Source: Amphiscolops sp. MND2022
Taxonomy: Eukaryota
Assembly (NCBI GenBank): GCA_964187785.1
Contig: OZ076409.1
Coordinates: 63,552,001 to 63,616,000, forward strand
DNA length: 64,000 nucleotides
Direction: 5' to 3'
Under the pieces are notes generated by a model that made no database searches, was not told the DNA's origin, and saw nothing but the letters and a program-made list of their open reading frames with translations. Shown here one piece after another: positions 1-11,473 of the stretch; the first letter of the stretch is position 1; each line of letters begins with the position of its first letter. Made by a program: the position numbers and the translations under genes.

Positions 1-144
1 CACAATTATCAATTTTACTAAAACCTGACGGCTCAATTTTGCCCTGTACTCAAATTTTTCTACCAAGCAATTGCTGATTTTGACACGAAAACTGTGGCTT
101 GAAGATTGTATTGATACCGCAGTGTATTTCAAACTATGCAAACT

Positions 145-844
145 TCACAAAGTTTTGGAATTGTCAATCAAAAAATATAAATTAGTAGTGTCGATGTATC
201 CGTATCCGTCATTGAGAGTGTCTAATATTCTGTAAAAAATTGCAGCCGATGGACCTTGAATCAACTGCTGAAATCGGCTTAGCGTGGCAGCCGGTAAAAA
301 AACCCGTTTGAACACCTTTGTCTCGTCTGATTTGAACAAGAGGAACTTTGCGCCGACCCTGAGCGAGCAAGGTTTTGTTTTCCTTTACGTTGTACTGCTT
401 TGCAACCTGCAGACGTTTCATATTCTCACCTTGCATGACAAGACTCGTACAATCCGCCAACAATAGACGGAAAGTTGAATACAGGCAGGGTACATTGTAA
501 CACTTTCTATTATTGGAATCGCACTCAAAGAGAACATGATAATGTGGTTGTTTTTCAAAGCCGCAAAGATAATCAGAGGTGGATTAATGAACTCCAAATG
601 CGTAATTCGGTCCTGAAGGAATGTCATGCCCAATCTTTGGTTCCTTTTCAAACACCACATATCGAAAGTTTTTCCGATGTTGTTTGAAAAAGTCCGGATG
701 CTGTTCATGCATTGCTTCCACCATGTTTGGTCTACAAAAAAAACTGTGAAGGAATAGTTGATACAAATACTTCAAATCGACAAAAGAAAAAAAAGTTGCT
801 TCGAACACAGGTTTCACCGTTGCATGAGACAACTCGAGTTTCAA
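145..844 (-). pseudogene. Disrupted ORF with HUH-endonuclease-like motif (EKQPHYHVLF); probable virus/mobile-element relic
   Basis: ORFs 584..844 and 209..463 are in the same frame, separated by one TAA (584-586). Read-through gives ...GVH*STSDYLCGFEKQPHYHVLFECDSNNRKCYNVPCLYSTFRLLLADC...; a probable frameshift at the A-run near 296-302 leads into ORF 145..339. PHYHVL fits HUH motif II (pHuHuu). Motif-level evidence only. Confidence 0.4.
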
Positions 845-1586
845 GATGCTTGTACCTTCTTGATAAACGCCATCAAAACATTTTTTTACCTAAAAATGTT
901 CGGAAAAGGATGTTTTTCACCAAAATAGCTATGAACAATACAGCTGTGAACAAAATGATTTTCGGGTAGTTATACACGAAGTGTTTTCAATACCCAATGC
1001 TACCCGAACAAAAAAAACCGGGATGATAGAACTAAATTAAAAGCTCACGAGGTGAAACAAATGTTCATATCGAATATATATTATTTCATTCGAGTTGAAG
1101 ATTGAACAAAAGTATCGAAGTGAAAAAAAATGTGCTATTTAGCTGAAAATTGAATAGTTCAACAACGATACATTGCAACGAGTAGAGGATTAAATTGAAA
1201 TAAAGCACACTGAAAAAAGTAAATCAAGGAATTAATTTTAAAGACAGGCAAAGATCGGATAGCGTAGGAAGGGAACAAAAACACTAGATCAAAAGTAAAC
1301 ATTTTCCAATACGTTACTGGGATAGAGTGTGGAGGAGGAAAGAAAAAAAGCAATGAAACAAAAACGACACACATTATAAAATAATGTTATAGAAAAAGTT
1401 TAGTTTAAAGAAAAGATAGCGTCGAACAAGAAGAAAGCAATATAACAGTTTACATCAAACAAAAAGCTTTATAGAACAAAAACCATTCGAAGAACTATGA
1501 TTCATGAATAAAAAGACAGAATAAAACTAGAAAAAAAAACAAAACTTGTCTGTTGTAATTATTCTCGAAATGAGTTGTAAGGCTTT

Positions 1587-1952
1587 TCATTCCTTCTTAT
1601 CAGCAGTTTTTTGCTTCTTAATCTCAGCACCCCCTGTATCGCTTTGAGCAATCCTCTTGTTGAATTTTTTCTCCCCCATGCTACTTTCTGAATTGGGAGG
1701 GCCCATGTTAATGTTTTCCACATTCGCTATCATTTCCTGAAACTCCTTGACGGTGAGCCCCGCTCTCTGTTGCAGGCGATACTCATCTTTATCCTCTTTT
1801 TCCTTGAACAGTTTGATGTTGATGTAGGTGATGCCACTGTTTTTATAGGTGTTTGTCGTCACACGAACAAGTCGTTTTCCAGATGAAGCCACATCACAAT
1901 GGGTGTCTCCAAACTCGCGATCTTTTGAGGATGTGAGAGAGCTGAAAGTCAT
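1587..1952 (-). CDS. Intronless PC4/Sub1-like ssDNA-binding domain protein (121 aa)
   Basis: KRLVRVTTNTYKNSGITYINIKLFKEKEDKDEYRLQQRAGLTVKEFQEMIANVENI follows the PC4 pattern (RxVxV...Y/I-D/N-I-R/K...GISLTxEQW/F, then a helix). Intact from ATG to TGA. Confidence 0.55.
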   Translation of the reverse strand: MTFSSLTSSKDREFGDTHCDVASSGKRLVRVTTNTYKNSGITYINIKLFKEKEDKDEYRLQQRAGLTVKEFQEMIANVENINMGPPNSESSMGEKKFNKRIAQSDTGGAEIKKQKTADKKE

Positions 1953-2398
1953 GGCTGATTTTTGATATATTTTGAGTGGTGATTATGCTGTGCTACCGAT
2001 GATCTCAAGACAAAGTCTGAAAAAAATTGAGAACATATTTGAAGAAGTGAAAAAAATTGAGAACATATCTAAAGAAGAAGTACTGAGAAGTAAACCTAAG
2101 GTCGGTGATACTTGACGCAACAGAGAACTTGTCGTAGATTAAACAATGTTCATCTGGCACAAACTTTTGAAAAAAAATCAGAATAGCGTTGTATTTTTTT
2201 TCAGTTGCAAAAATTCATGAACGTTTTGAAACAAGATATCAATGCTTGAAACAGAAACAAGACCTGAAAACCATTTCTTTTCGCTTGTTCATCGTGAACA
2301 AGTTTAGTATGGGTTTTTTGTTTTGGTCGAGCAGATCGGATGCAAAATTGGCTTTGGATCAATAGATATCTGTATTTGCCAATTCCAGATTGAATGAA

Positions 2399-2631
2399 TA
2401 GAGCGACCTGCTGTGTAAACATAAAAGCAACGCCGCCGACCCTTTAAGTAATTGTTTATTAAACAGTAGCTTCAATAGTTTTGTCCCGAGTGTCATATAG
2501 ATTTCCGTGGTTGTAAATTCCAAATTGGAAAAACAGAGCGACACGCTGCGTAAACATGAAAGCGACGTCGGCCCTTTGTACTTGTGATTAATCATTAAAG
2601 AGTAGCTTCAATAGCGTGTCCCGGGTGGCAT
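2399..2631. repeat. Degenerate ~135-bp direct duplication (relic of a repeat-containing ORF)
   Basis: gagcgac..gctg.gtaaacat.aaagc.acg.cg and agtagcttcaatag..tgtcccg.gtg occur twice ~135 bp apart. The minus strand reads VAFMFTQRVALF / VAFMFTQQVALF with intervening stops. Confidence 0.6.
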
Positions 2632-3229
2632 TTATTTTTAACGTCAGTCAAACAATCAGAAATTAATTAAGCAAACAGACTCTGCAGAGTGCGACGCTGG
2701 ATAAGATCAAAAGCGGCACCGTCACAGTATGTGTGAATGTTTAGTACAGCTGTTGAACGTGCGTCAGCTTGTTTAGTGAAGTTTTTGCGTACTCAACCTG
2801 ACTCACTTCAGAGTTGCTTTTATAACAGACAAGTGTTGTTAATCTCATGTTGTTGAGATGGCATGACTAATGAAAATAGCAAAGTATGTTCATCCAAACA
2901 ATCTATGTAATTCTCGGCATCAAGGAAGAGATAATTAGCCGAGAGCTCTAAATCCATGTAAAATTTCAGACTTTGCGGACTTTGTGTATAGAGCTCTAGA
3001 CATTGGGAAATACTTGACTATGTAGAATTCTAGAGAAAAGATACAGGTGATCTAACGTAAATTCTGTCCGATAGGTACTACCATTTGGGTCGCAAACGGT
3101 GCTTCAAAAGATACTCTTTGATCCCTCATTTCCAGAAATGCTGCGTTATAGTCGTACTACCTTCCAAGTTTTCAGGGAGCTCACTTTAAAATTTTGAAGT
3201 TGCTAGAAAGTTGATGCGTGAGCTGAGAT

Positions 3230-3660
3230 TCGATAAACACGGTCGTAAAGGATCTATACTCGATATATCTTTCAAAATACAGAATCGTACTATAGGTCTA
3301 AAGTAGCTAAGACGTGATGAACACATTTGTATAGGCCTCATATTTGATCTATCTTTCATCATACAGTTCCATATTATACGTCTAAAGTAGTTAATATTCG
3401 ATGGACACGGTCGTATAGGACCTGTATTCGACCTATCTCTATACAGTACCGTGCTATAGGTCTAAAGTAGGTAAGATTCCATGAACACAATTGTATAGGC
3501 CTTGTATTTGATCTATCCTTCATCTTACAGTAACATACTAAAGGTCTAAAGTAGGTAACATACGATGAACACATTTGAATAGGCCTCATATTCAATCTAA
3601 CTTTCAATATACAAGACCATACAATAGGTCTAAAGTAGCTAAGAATTTGAACACAATGAA
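3230..3660. repeat. Minisatellite, ~84-bp unit, ~5 diverged copies
   Basis: ggtctaaagtag..aag...gatgaacaca.ttg.ataggcct..tatt.gatcta recurs at about 3295, 3379, 3459, 3543 and 3626. Confidence 0.85.
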
Positions 3661-5215
3661 ACCTAGTGTTCCTTGGCATATGGAATTTATTCTCCAGTTA
3701 GGCGAAAACATTGCAGGACTGTACAGGCCATTTGATTTTGGGAAAGTATCGATACAGCTTTTTCAAAGATCAGAAAACAAGTAACTTGATTTATCTTCGA
3801 TTGATTTACATGATATGACCTGGGGGTAATTTGATCTAAGTCTAATTGACTACTATCTGTTTTACTTTTTGCTTAGAAATCCAGTACTAAAATTGGCGCA
3901 GTGGATGTAAACTGCCACACGATACCCAAGAATTGAGATGAGAAGCAGGACAAGGGTTTGAAGTTTTTATAGCGTAAACTGTTTCTCTTGAAAACCTAAA
4001 ACTCGGTGATTGATGATTTCATAGGGGATACCTTTGATATTTTGTTTTAATTCATTGCAATACTTAAAGCCTGGAAATTGAGGTGAAAATTACTGGTAGA
4101 GAGCCGACTGGTAACTTCTTCCTTGATGGACACAATAATGTCTCGTTTACAGTCTAAAACGAGACAAATGAAATGCTTGGCTTCTAAAGTTCAATAACCC
4201 TTCGCTGAAAGGAGCTTCGTAGTAAGATCTTCAATTTTTAAGACTTTTATTATCACGATCAGAAGGTGTATGATATATTTGTCACTGATTAGCAGATAAT
4301 ATGAGGCTCAATTGGAGTTAGGAAGCATGAGCCTTGCTTTTACCGGCTTTGCTGGTATATAGTCCTTTTTATCCTCGTTTAGCATAACCACTGGCAGCAA
4401 TGACTTTAGTTACACGGATTTCTGTAAAATGAATAATTTGCTTCGTATCAAACTGCATAATGCGGCTTAGAATCCATTCATAGCTGTTCAACCAGCGGAA
4501 TTAAATGACTTTACAAGTCAGTCATGGACACTCTTGAATTTGGGTTTCTCATTTCCCATGAATGACTGCCGTTGGAATGAGGTTTACAGAAAGAACATTT
4601 CTAATAGTTTGGTTTTAGTTGTCTTCCACGGTCAAAATCTTCCACCGGCAAAACTCTGGAACTTGGAAGTTGAAGCAAGTTCCGTTTTCCGTTTTTATTC
4701 GTTTTTGAGATTTTACATGTCCTGAGGAATTGCTTACTGGGACCTTTTGCCCTCATTATTGATGATTGCAACGCTTTTAGCAAGATTTTTGAATGTTTCA
4801 CACCATTTCTGGGATATTTGAAAAAGTTTAAATTTTTCGATTTTTAGCATGTAGGGTATAGATGGAGGGGGGTGTGTTTACGTTTTTGACATTTTTTTCG
4901 GGTTTCTGACGCCAACGATGACTTTCATCACATTTGGGGATATTCCCCACCATTTCTGTTTTTTTTGAAAAAAAATAATTTTTCGATTTTTTAACATGAA
5001 GAGTGTGGGAGGGGGGGGTGTTGTCTACATTTTTGACAATTTTTTTCGTTTTCTGATGTCAACGATGCATTTTTTTTTCATTTTTGATTGTACAACATCT
5101 TTTCCTGTTTTTTTTAGGATCTTCAAAATTTTTCAATTTTTGCATGTGGAGGGGGGGGGGGTGTTGTGCTCACTGGGTATTTATTGGGTTTATATAGAAT
5201 ATACTTGGTTGAGAT

Positions 5216-5290
5216 GGTTTCGTGGCATAGTGGATAGGTCGCTGGTCCATCATCTCAACCGGCGAGGTTCGAGTCCCGGGAGGGACTCAT
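5216..5290 (+). pseudogene. tRNA-derived sequence (SINE head or tRNA pseudogene) with Pol III A and B boxes
   Basis: A box TGGCATAGTGG at 5223-5233 and B box GGTTCGAGTCC at 5266-5276. The T-arm pairs poorly, so this is not called a functional tRNA. It follows three ~145-bp degenerate G-run repeats (4800-5165). Confidence 0.55.
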
Positions 5291-5427
5291 AGTCTTTGGT
5301 AGAAATGAAATTTTGTTTTGTCAAACTAACCCCCCCCCCATCGATTTGTTAGTTAGATATAATAACCAACTACTCCTCACCGTTTTTTTTTGCCCCAAAA
5401 ATGAAAACTTTCAGAGCGAAACTTTTA

Positions 5428-5751
<324 letters not shown>

Positions 5752-5959
5752 TCATTGCACATATGAGTTATCTTCAACCAGGGTTTGAAAATCGCTATTC
5801 TACAATAATTTGTTACTTTCAAAATTGCTAATTCGTTGAAAAACTATTCTCGAACTATTTAATGATTGCTTCAATTTAAAGTTCAGGTATGCCCAAGATC
5901 AATAACTTATGCTTCAAGATGAGAACTTAATGTAGTCTTTGATTCAGAGATTTGACTCG

Positions 5960-6375
5960 CTATTTTTTTTCGCTAATCGCTAACTAACGCTAATTATACA
6001 TCGCTAATCGCTAACTTCGCTAATTGACAGTCGCTAATCGCTAACGCTAATTAAAATCTACAGTGAAAAGTTTAATTCCTATTATGTTTAAAAATCGATC
6101 CGAAAAAGAATTCATTACTGTTTAGTGCGTAAAACATAGTAAAGTATATAAATATGATAATATATAACAGTTATTGGGAGGAATAAGTATACGTCGAGAC
6201 AATTTGTAATGTATATGTAATGTTTGATGCAAAATCAAGCGTTGTTATAAAGTTTACCAATAGAAAAACGCCATCACTAAGCGGTCGCTAAATAATTTGT
6301 ATTTCGCTAACTAATTTCCGCTTATGTAATCCCTCGCTAACGCTAAAGCGGCGCTATTAGCGATTAGCGTCAAAT
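5960..6375. repeat. Clustered CGCTAA motifs in both orientations (subterminal-repeat MITE relic; related patches at ~6940-6960 and ~13330-13560)
   Basis: cgctaatcgctaactaacgctaa... at 5970-6052; cgctaacgctaaagcggcgctattagcgattagcg at ~6334-6369. Confidence 0.55.
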
Positions 6376-6468
6376 CTCTGCTTTGAACTAGAAAAAGTGT
6401 TTATAGTTTGTCGTATGAGGCAAATTTGGTGGTTTTTTTCGAATTGCATTCTGAAGCTCTTTGGATAC

Positions 6469-6861
6469 GGTGTCGGGTCACAAGTCCGAAAGAATGAAAT
6501 CAAATTTTTATCGTCCAATAAGATTTCAGAAATCCAGCGCAAGAAATACTTAGCACTGTATAATTCTCTGCAATCTGATTGGCTGACCGGAACGAAGTCC
6601 GTTCAAAGATTTTTAAAAATGAATTTTTCAATTTCATCTAGTCTGTCATTTTCACATACTCCTAGTGCCCTAAACGCAGGAGCGAAGCGAAGCGGAGCGA
6701 CGTGCCATATGGCCATGCCTCAATGTTGCTACTTGGCGAAGGGAGCGAAGCGACCGAGCCATGCAACAAATATGATAAGTACTTTTTCGGACTTGTGCAA
6801 CCCAAATTTATTTTTGGACTTGTGCAACCCAAATTTATTTTCGGACTTGTGAATAGCCGCC
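6469..6861. mobile_element. Non-autonomous TIR element (Mutator- or Merlin-like), 9-bp TSD, carrying the GCGAAGC core
   Basis: Perfect TSD tttggatac at 6460-6468 and 6862-6870; GG...CC termini; TIR motif TCACAAGTCCGAAA, tandemly repeated (27-bp unit) at the right end. Confidence 0.85.
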
Positions 6862-7245
6862 TTTGGATACACTCATAATTTATATTCTTGTTTGTTTTAT
6901 TGATTTGAAGTGCTGATGAAATCACACAAAAATTTCAGAGCGATCGCTAATTCGCTAATCAACGGTGTGCTAACATTGTTCTATCATGAAAAGAACTTTA
7001 GTTCAACACAAATTAAATTGGTTAAACAACAATAGACAATTCTGTTGCTTGAAAGGATCCTTCAATATTTACAGACAATCAGTTGAGTGATTTAAATCTT
7101 GCTAGTTTGTGGCAAACGATTTCAAAAATTACCTTCGAGGAAAGATGCATTAAAGTTTGGTCCAATCCATCTTAGGAGTCAAGAAAACTAATCACGCTAA
7201 ATTCAGAACTTTAAAGTCTATTTTAAGAGTTGTGTTATTAATTAA

Positions 7246-8946
7246 TTAACCCCAACCTTGGTTATTAGTTGGTCTGACCCCGCCTACTCCTGTTTGGCGA
7301 CTGCGGAAAGCTCTGAGAAAAGCGGAAACTAGAGTTTCACCAGCTGTTGTTGTCGCTGCTGTTCCATTTCCATCATCTGTGCTCACATCTTGACAATTAT
7401 TTCTAGACGATCCAACCTGCAGAAAAATATTAACTTTCTAAACTTAAGATACATCCGTTTTACCACGAGCCTTCGAAAAAGACGAAAAATTCCGCAACTA
7501 CAATCGAAACCTTTTGGCAAAAACTGATTTGAAATGGAATTGTTGGCAACGGTGAAATCCAGTGAGCAGGTAGTTTTTCAAATAGGACATTAGAGCCTTT
7601 TATATTCTTCGAACTCCTGTATTTGGTCCTACAAAATGCTCATCATAGAGCTAGTCACTGCTTCAACATTCAAATTTTGGAAAATATTCAATACTTTGAC
7701 CCTAAAATCAAGATTTGACCATAAAAATTCTTAAGAAACTCTTTCGTTTGGAAAAACAAGTTCAGTATTGAACTTACACACATGTGAAGAAGCAGAAAAG
7801 CGAGCTTCTTTCCAATCAGAATCACTGATTCAGACTTTTCTGACTCCCCATTTTGCGGTTTCGATCGAATCAATCATGTTATTCTGAAAAAAAAATCATT
7901 TCAGTTCCGAAGATTACAATCCCTATTTCTCATACAGTTTGAAGTTTTCAAAACTTTGAAAAATTTCAAAAATGGACCTTAAGAACTAAAACTTTTGTTG
8001 TTGAAACGAAGGTTATGTGTTATATATAAAATGAGATTTTTGAACAGTGTCACAGTGCCGAAAAATGTAAAAGGGGGACCCTTTGAAATTTTTTGACATC
8101 CACTGTGTTGCAAAATATCGAAACAAACGAAGGGGAGACGACCCTTTGGTGGAATCCAAAAAACTTCAAAAAAAAGTCGCATAGTGCCGAAAAAATCCGA
8201 GTGAAAAACACCAAGGGGGGATCCTATGTTTTCGAGGTTCTGGTCGTCTGTTTTGTTTTGGACGAGGCTCTGACATTTCCAGTATGTTTTGGACGTCCGT
8301 AGTCCAAGTTGATGATGTTGAACAAATGAACAAAAAAGTGGACCGATCGCGTTGAACTGACGAAAAAAAACTAGCGACTGTAAGAGTCTTGCATTTTCTT
8401 CGAAAACGCCGACTAAAAATTGAAGAGGGACCCTTTGGTGCAATCCCAATTTTTTTTTAAAAAAGTCACATGGTGCCGAAAAAATCTAAGTTAAGAACAC
8501 CAAGATAGCCAAAGCAGGGATCCTTAGTATGTTTTCGAGGTTCTGGTCGTCTGTTTTGTTTTGGACAAGGCTCTGACGTTTCCAGTATGTTTTGGACATC
8601 CGCAGTTCAAGTTGAACAAATGAACAAAAAAGTGGACCATATGTGGCTAAAAAAAACTACCCATTGTAAGTTGGGCACTTTTCTTCAAAAGCGCCGACTC
8701 AAATTTAGACGGACAATTTTAACTAGCCAAACTATTTGTACAAATTGGCTGAAAGATTCCTCGCTCAAAATGCACTAAGGCAAAATCACAATCGAGATGA
8801 TAAAACTGAAGTCAGTTGAGTGTCCAAGTGTTCGGTCAAAAACTTCACGCTTGTTTCCATTGTCTCACTTTTTGAAACTTCAACGCCAGGAGTAGATCTA
8901 CTTCGTCCCATGTTTGATAACTGATCGCTCCACAAAATTTTTCCAT
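7246..8946 (-). CDS. Putative two-exon 82-aa microprotein (exons 8946-8869 and 7416-7246)
   Basis: acaATGG start; GTGAGA donor at 8868; strong ttttctgcAG acceptor at 7417; both junctions phase 0; open to TAA at 7248-7246. No recognisable family. Confidence 0.35.
8030..8700 (-). mobile_element. HINE family, partial/tandem copies (another fragment at ~14030-14241)
   Basis: cacagtgccgaaaa and aagggggaccctttg motifs; ends acgccgactaaaaa (~8414) and gcgccgact (~8699). Confidence 0.65.
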
Positions 8947-9197
8947 TGTTCAAATTTTACTTTCAGCGTGGAAAACTACCGTTTCAAAGCACTCGTTATT
9001 CTCGTAGCTAAATCTCAGGCAAAGCTTTAGGCAATGAACTAAACATTCATAATTTATAATTAATATGCATTTAAAGGGGGCTATGAACAACGAGGAAAGC
9101 AGAAAAACAATTGACATATAGTTTACACAAAAACCAAGTAGCGCTGTCAACAACAACTTGAGAAAAACTGCCAGCCTATTTTTAAAGTTCAAAATTT

Positions 9198-11473
9198 TCA
9201 GTTGAAAATTCTCCAACTCTCTGAAGCAGCATTTTGAAATCTTTGAATGGTGCGCCTCATTGAGAGAAACCAGAAAATTCCAAACGCGATGGAGATGACC
9301 GATAATATGTAATAGCCATCAATATCCGTTCCACAAACAGCGTTTTCCTGTTTGGTACATTCAGCTAATTCTTCAGGATTCGAGCAGCTTGCTATGAACG
9401 CTTTTTCACCATTATTGACTATATAACATGACTTCCATGTCAACATATCGATTAGGGAGAGCGCCACAGTATTGGGCCAATTACCTCCCAGATTTGTGAA
9501 TGTGTTCAGCAGGGTCATGTAAGTTCCTCCCAAAATTGGGTCACTGATTTGAGTGTGGAAGGCCATGATGGATACAAACATGCTGTTTACAAACACTTGA
9601 TGAATAAGGAATGCAGATACTAAGAAGAGGTAGAACCAGAGCGGAAAATGTCCAGGGGTTTCTTGGGCTGAAGGTGCTAGGTAAACTATGACGGCAAAAA
9701 CAAGGCCGAAAATGAGTCTGTAAGGATATGCTTTGAGCCAGACGGCAGTCATAGGGGTTGGACCTGCGGTTAGCTTAGATATAAGCAGAGGGAGTAATAA
9801 CTGTACAGGTGTCAAAGGAATAGCTAGAAGGGCGAGGTTTTCTTTCAACATACCATTTTCGACTAACTTCAAGCCTGACAACCCATCAGCAACTGCGAAA
9901 GCGATTCTGCACGTCAGAGTGAAGAATATATACTGCTTCATCATGGGTAGCTTGACAATACTCCACAAGCTTCGATATGTCTCGACTACGTTATCACAAC
10001 TGGCGTCTTTGGTTTCTCGTTTCAATATCCACACTAAAGTAGTGCCTATGAGGAATATTATGGCCCAGAAATACATGAAGCCTTCTAAAGTGATGAGACC
10101 CTTGTCCTGAAATTATTGAAAAATGTTCAAAAACTAGCTAAGAAAGTAAAAAAATTGCTTTCAGCAGGAGAAAAGATAAACCGAGCATAGATTGGATTTT
10201 GTAAATTGCAATTACTTACGTTTTTGAGCATTTACGTCACTCATGCAGAACTTTCCCCACAACGGGAAAAAGAAAAATAATGCGATGCTACATACTTGTT
10301 CAGGAAGCCCAAGGAGTTTGAAGATGTAGCGATTGCAAAAATCTTTCGACTCCAAAGCGAGAAAGATGGTATAACTGATGAAATAGCCCGCCGTCTGTCC
10401 CACTGTATTACATGTAGATGCGTAGCCAACGTTCTCAGGGGCCAAAATATTGAGAGCCCATCCGTCGACTACTATGTCTTGAGTGGCAGCGAAAAAGTTT
10501 AGGAAGGTGAAGAGTAACATTAGAGTTGTTGCATCTGCTCCTTGGTCATTTTCTCCCGGCCCACCTGCAACCACGATATTCAATTAGTTGGGAATCAGAT
10601 CATACTTAGACCAACTGACTTATGGACCGACCAATATGGTTGAAAAACAACCAATTTGAGTCAATCACTGCAAAATCAATTTTGTAGAATTAAAGACATG
10701 TATCGGAAAAACCCAGTTAATTTTAAGCATCGTTATTTCGCACCATTTGCGTTCATTAGCAAACGGATTCCTGGCACCTTACATGACGATAAAACGTTTA
10801 AAAGAAAAATCAAAGCTCGATCAGCCACTGACTGAACCACTAGTTTGGGCTATGTATTGCCTCTTGGCGACAGCGAATTGAGATAAGACAAAAAATGATC
10901 AATATATGAAAAAATTTTTCAATTACCTAGCAGAGTATTGACGTGGAAAGATATGAAGATCATGAGAATGCCGATTGCATATTGGATGGGGATCAACCAA
11001 GACTTTCGTCTTCCCATTCTTTCGCTAAACACTGAATCCACGATGGGCGCCCAAAGAAGCTTAACACTGAAAGGGTAAAAAGCCAAAGAGAAAAGAGCCT
11101 GAGCCTTGTAGTCTACTTTGCGGGCCATCAGTATGTATGGAATACTTCCACTGAAGCCAAGAGGAATCCCCTGCAAAATATAAAGTATCATCAGAAGGGT
11201 GATGCTAGATCTATCCTTTTTCCAGTTAGGACTCATATTTAGAGACTTTCTACTGTCTTCCTTGACGTTCGCTGTGGAATAGTACACACTATCATCTTCC
11301 ATACTAATTCCATTCATTTTAGGGTCACCCTCATTTGTAACTCTGTTTTTCTCCCTGGACACGTTCCGAGTTCTAATTCGAGGAGAAATGTCGCCATCTT
11401 CACGGGTTGTGTTGGATAGACGATTGTTGCGACTTTCTTCCTCGAGCTTCGACTGTCTTCTAGTTGTTACCAT
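9198..11473 (-). CDS. SLC33A1: Acetyl-coenzyme A transporter 1 (MFS); exons 11473-10927, 10564-10296, 10106-9198; 574 aa
   Basis: Hallmark segments LLMILYILQGIPLG, YPFSVKLLWAPIVDS, GRRKSWLIPIQY, AATQDIVVDGWAL, GYASTCNTVGQTAG, SDPILGGTYMTLLNTFTNLGGNWP and DGYY. GT-AG introns with matching phases (1, 0). Confidence 0.95.

Noticed and set aside
3900..4800. Possible decayed coding region or further Miro exons
   Set aside because: Stops in the frames examined, no family motif, and I did not find the expected next Miro peptide (VPxRAEEITIP-like).
6397..6852. 151-aa plus-strand ORF
   Set aside because: Spans the MITE 6469-6861; the DLCNPNLF repeats are its 27-bp TIR units.
9733..10110. Plus-strand ORFs antisense to exons (also 46135-46464, 54831-55088)
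   Set aside because: Shadow ORFs of real minus-strand coding exons.
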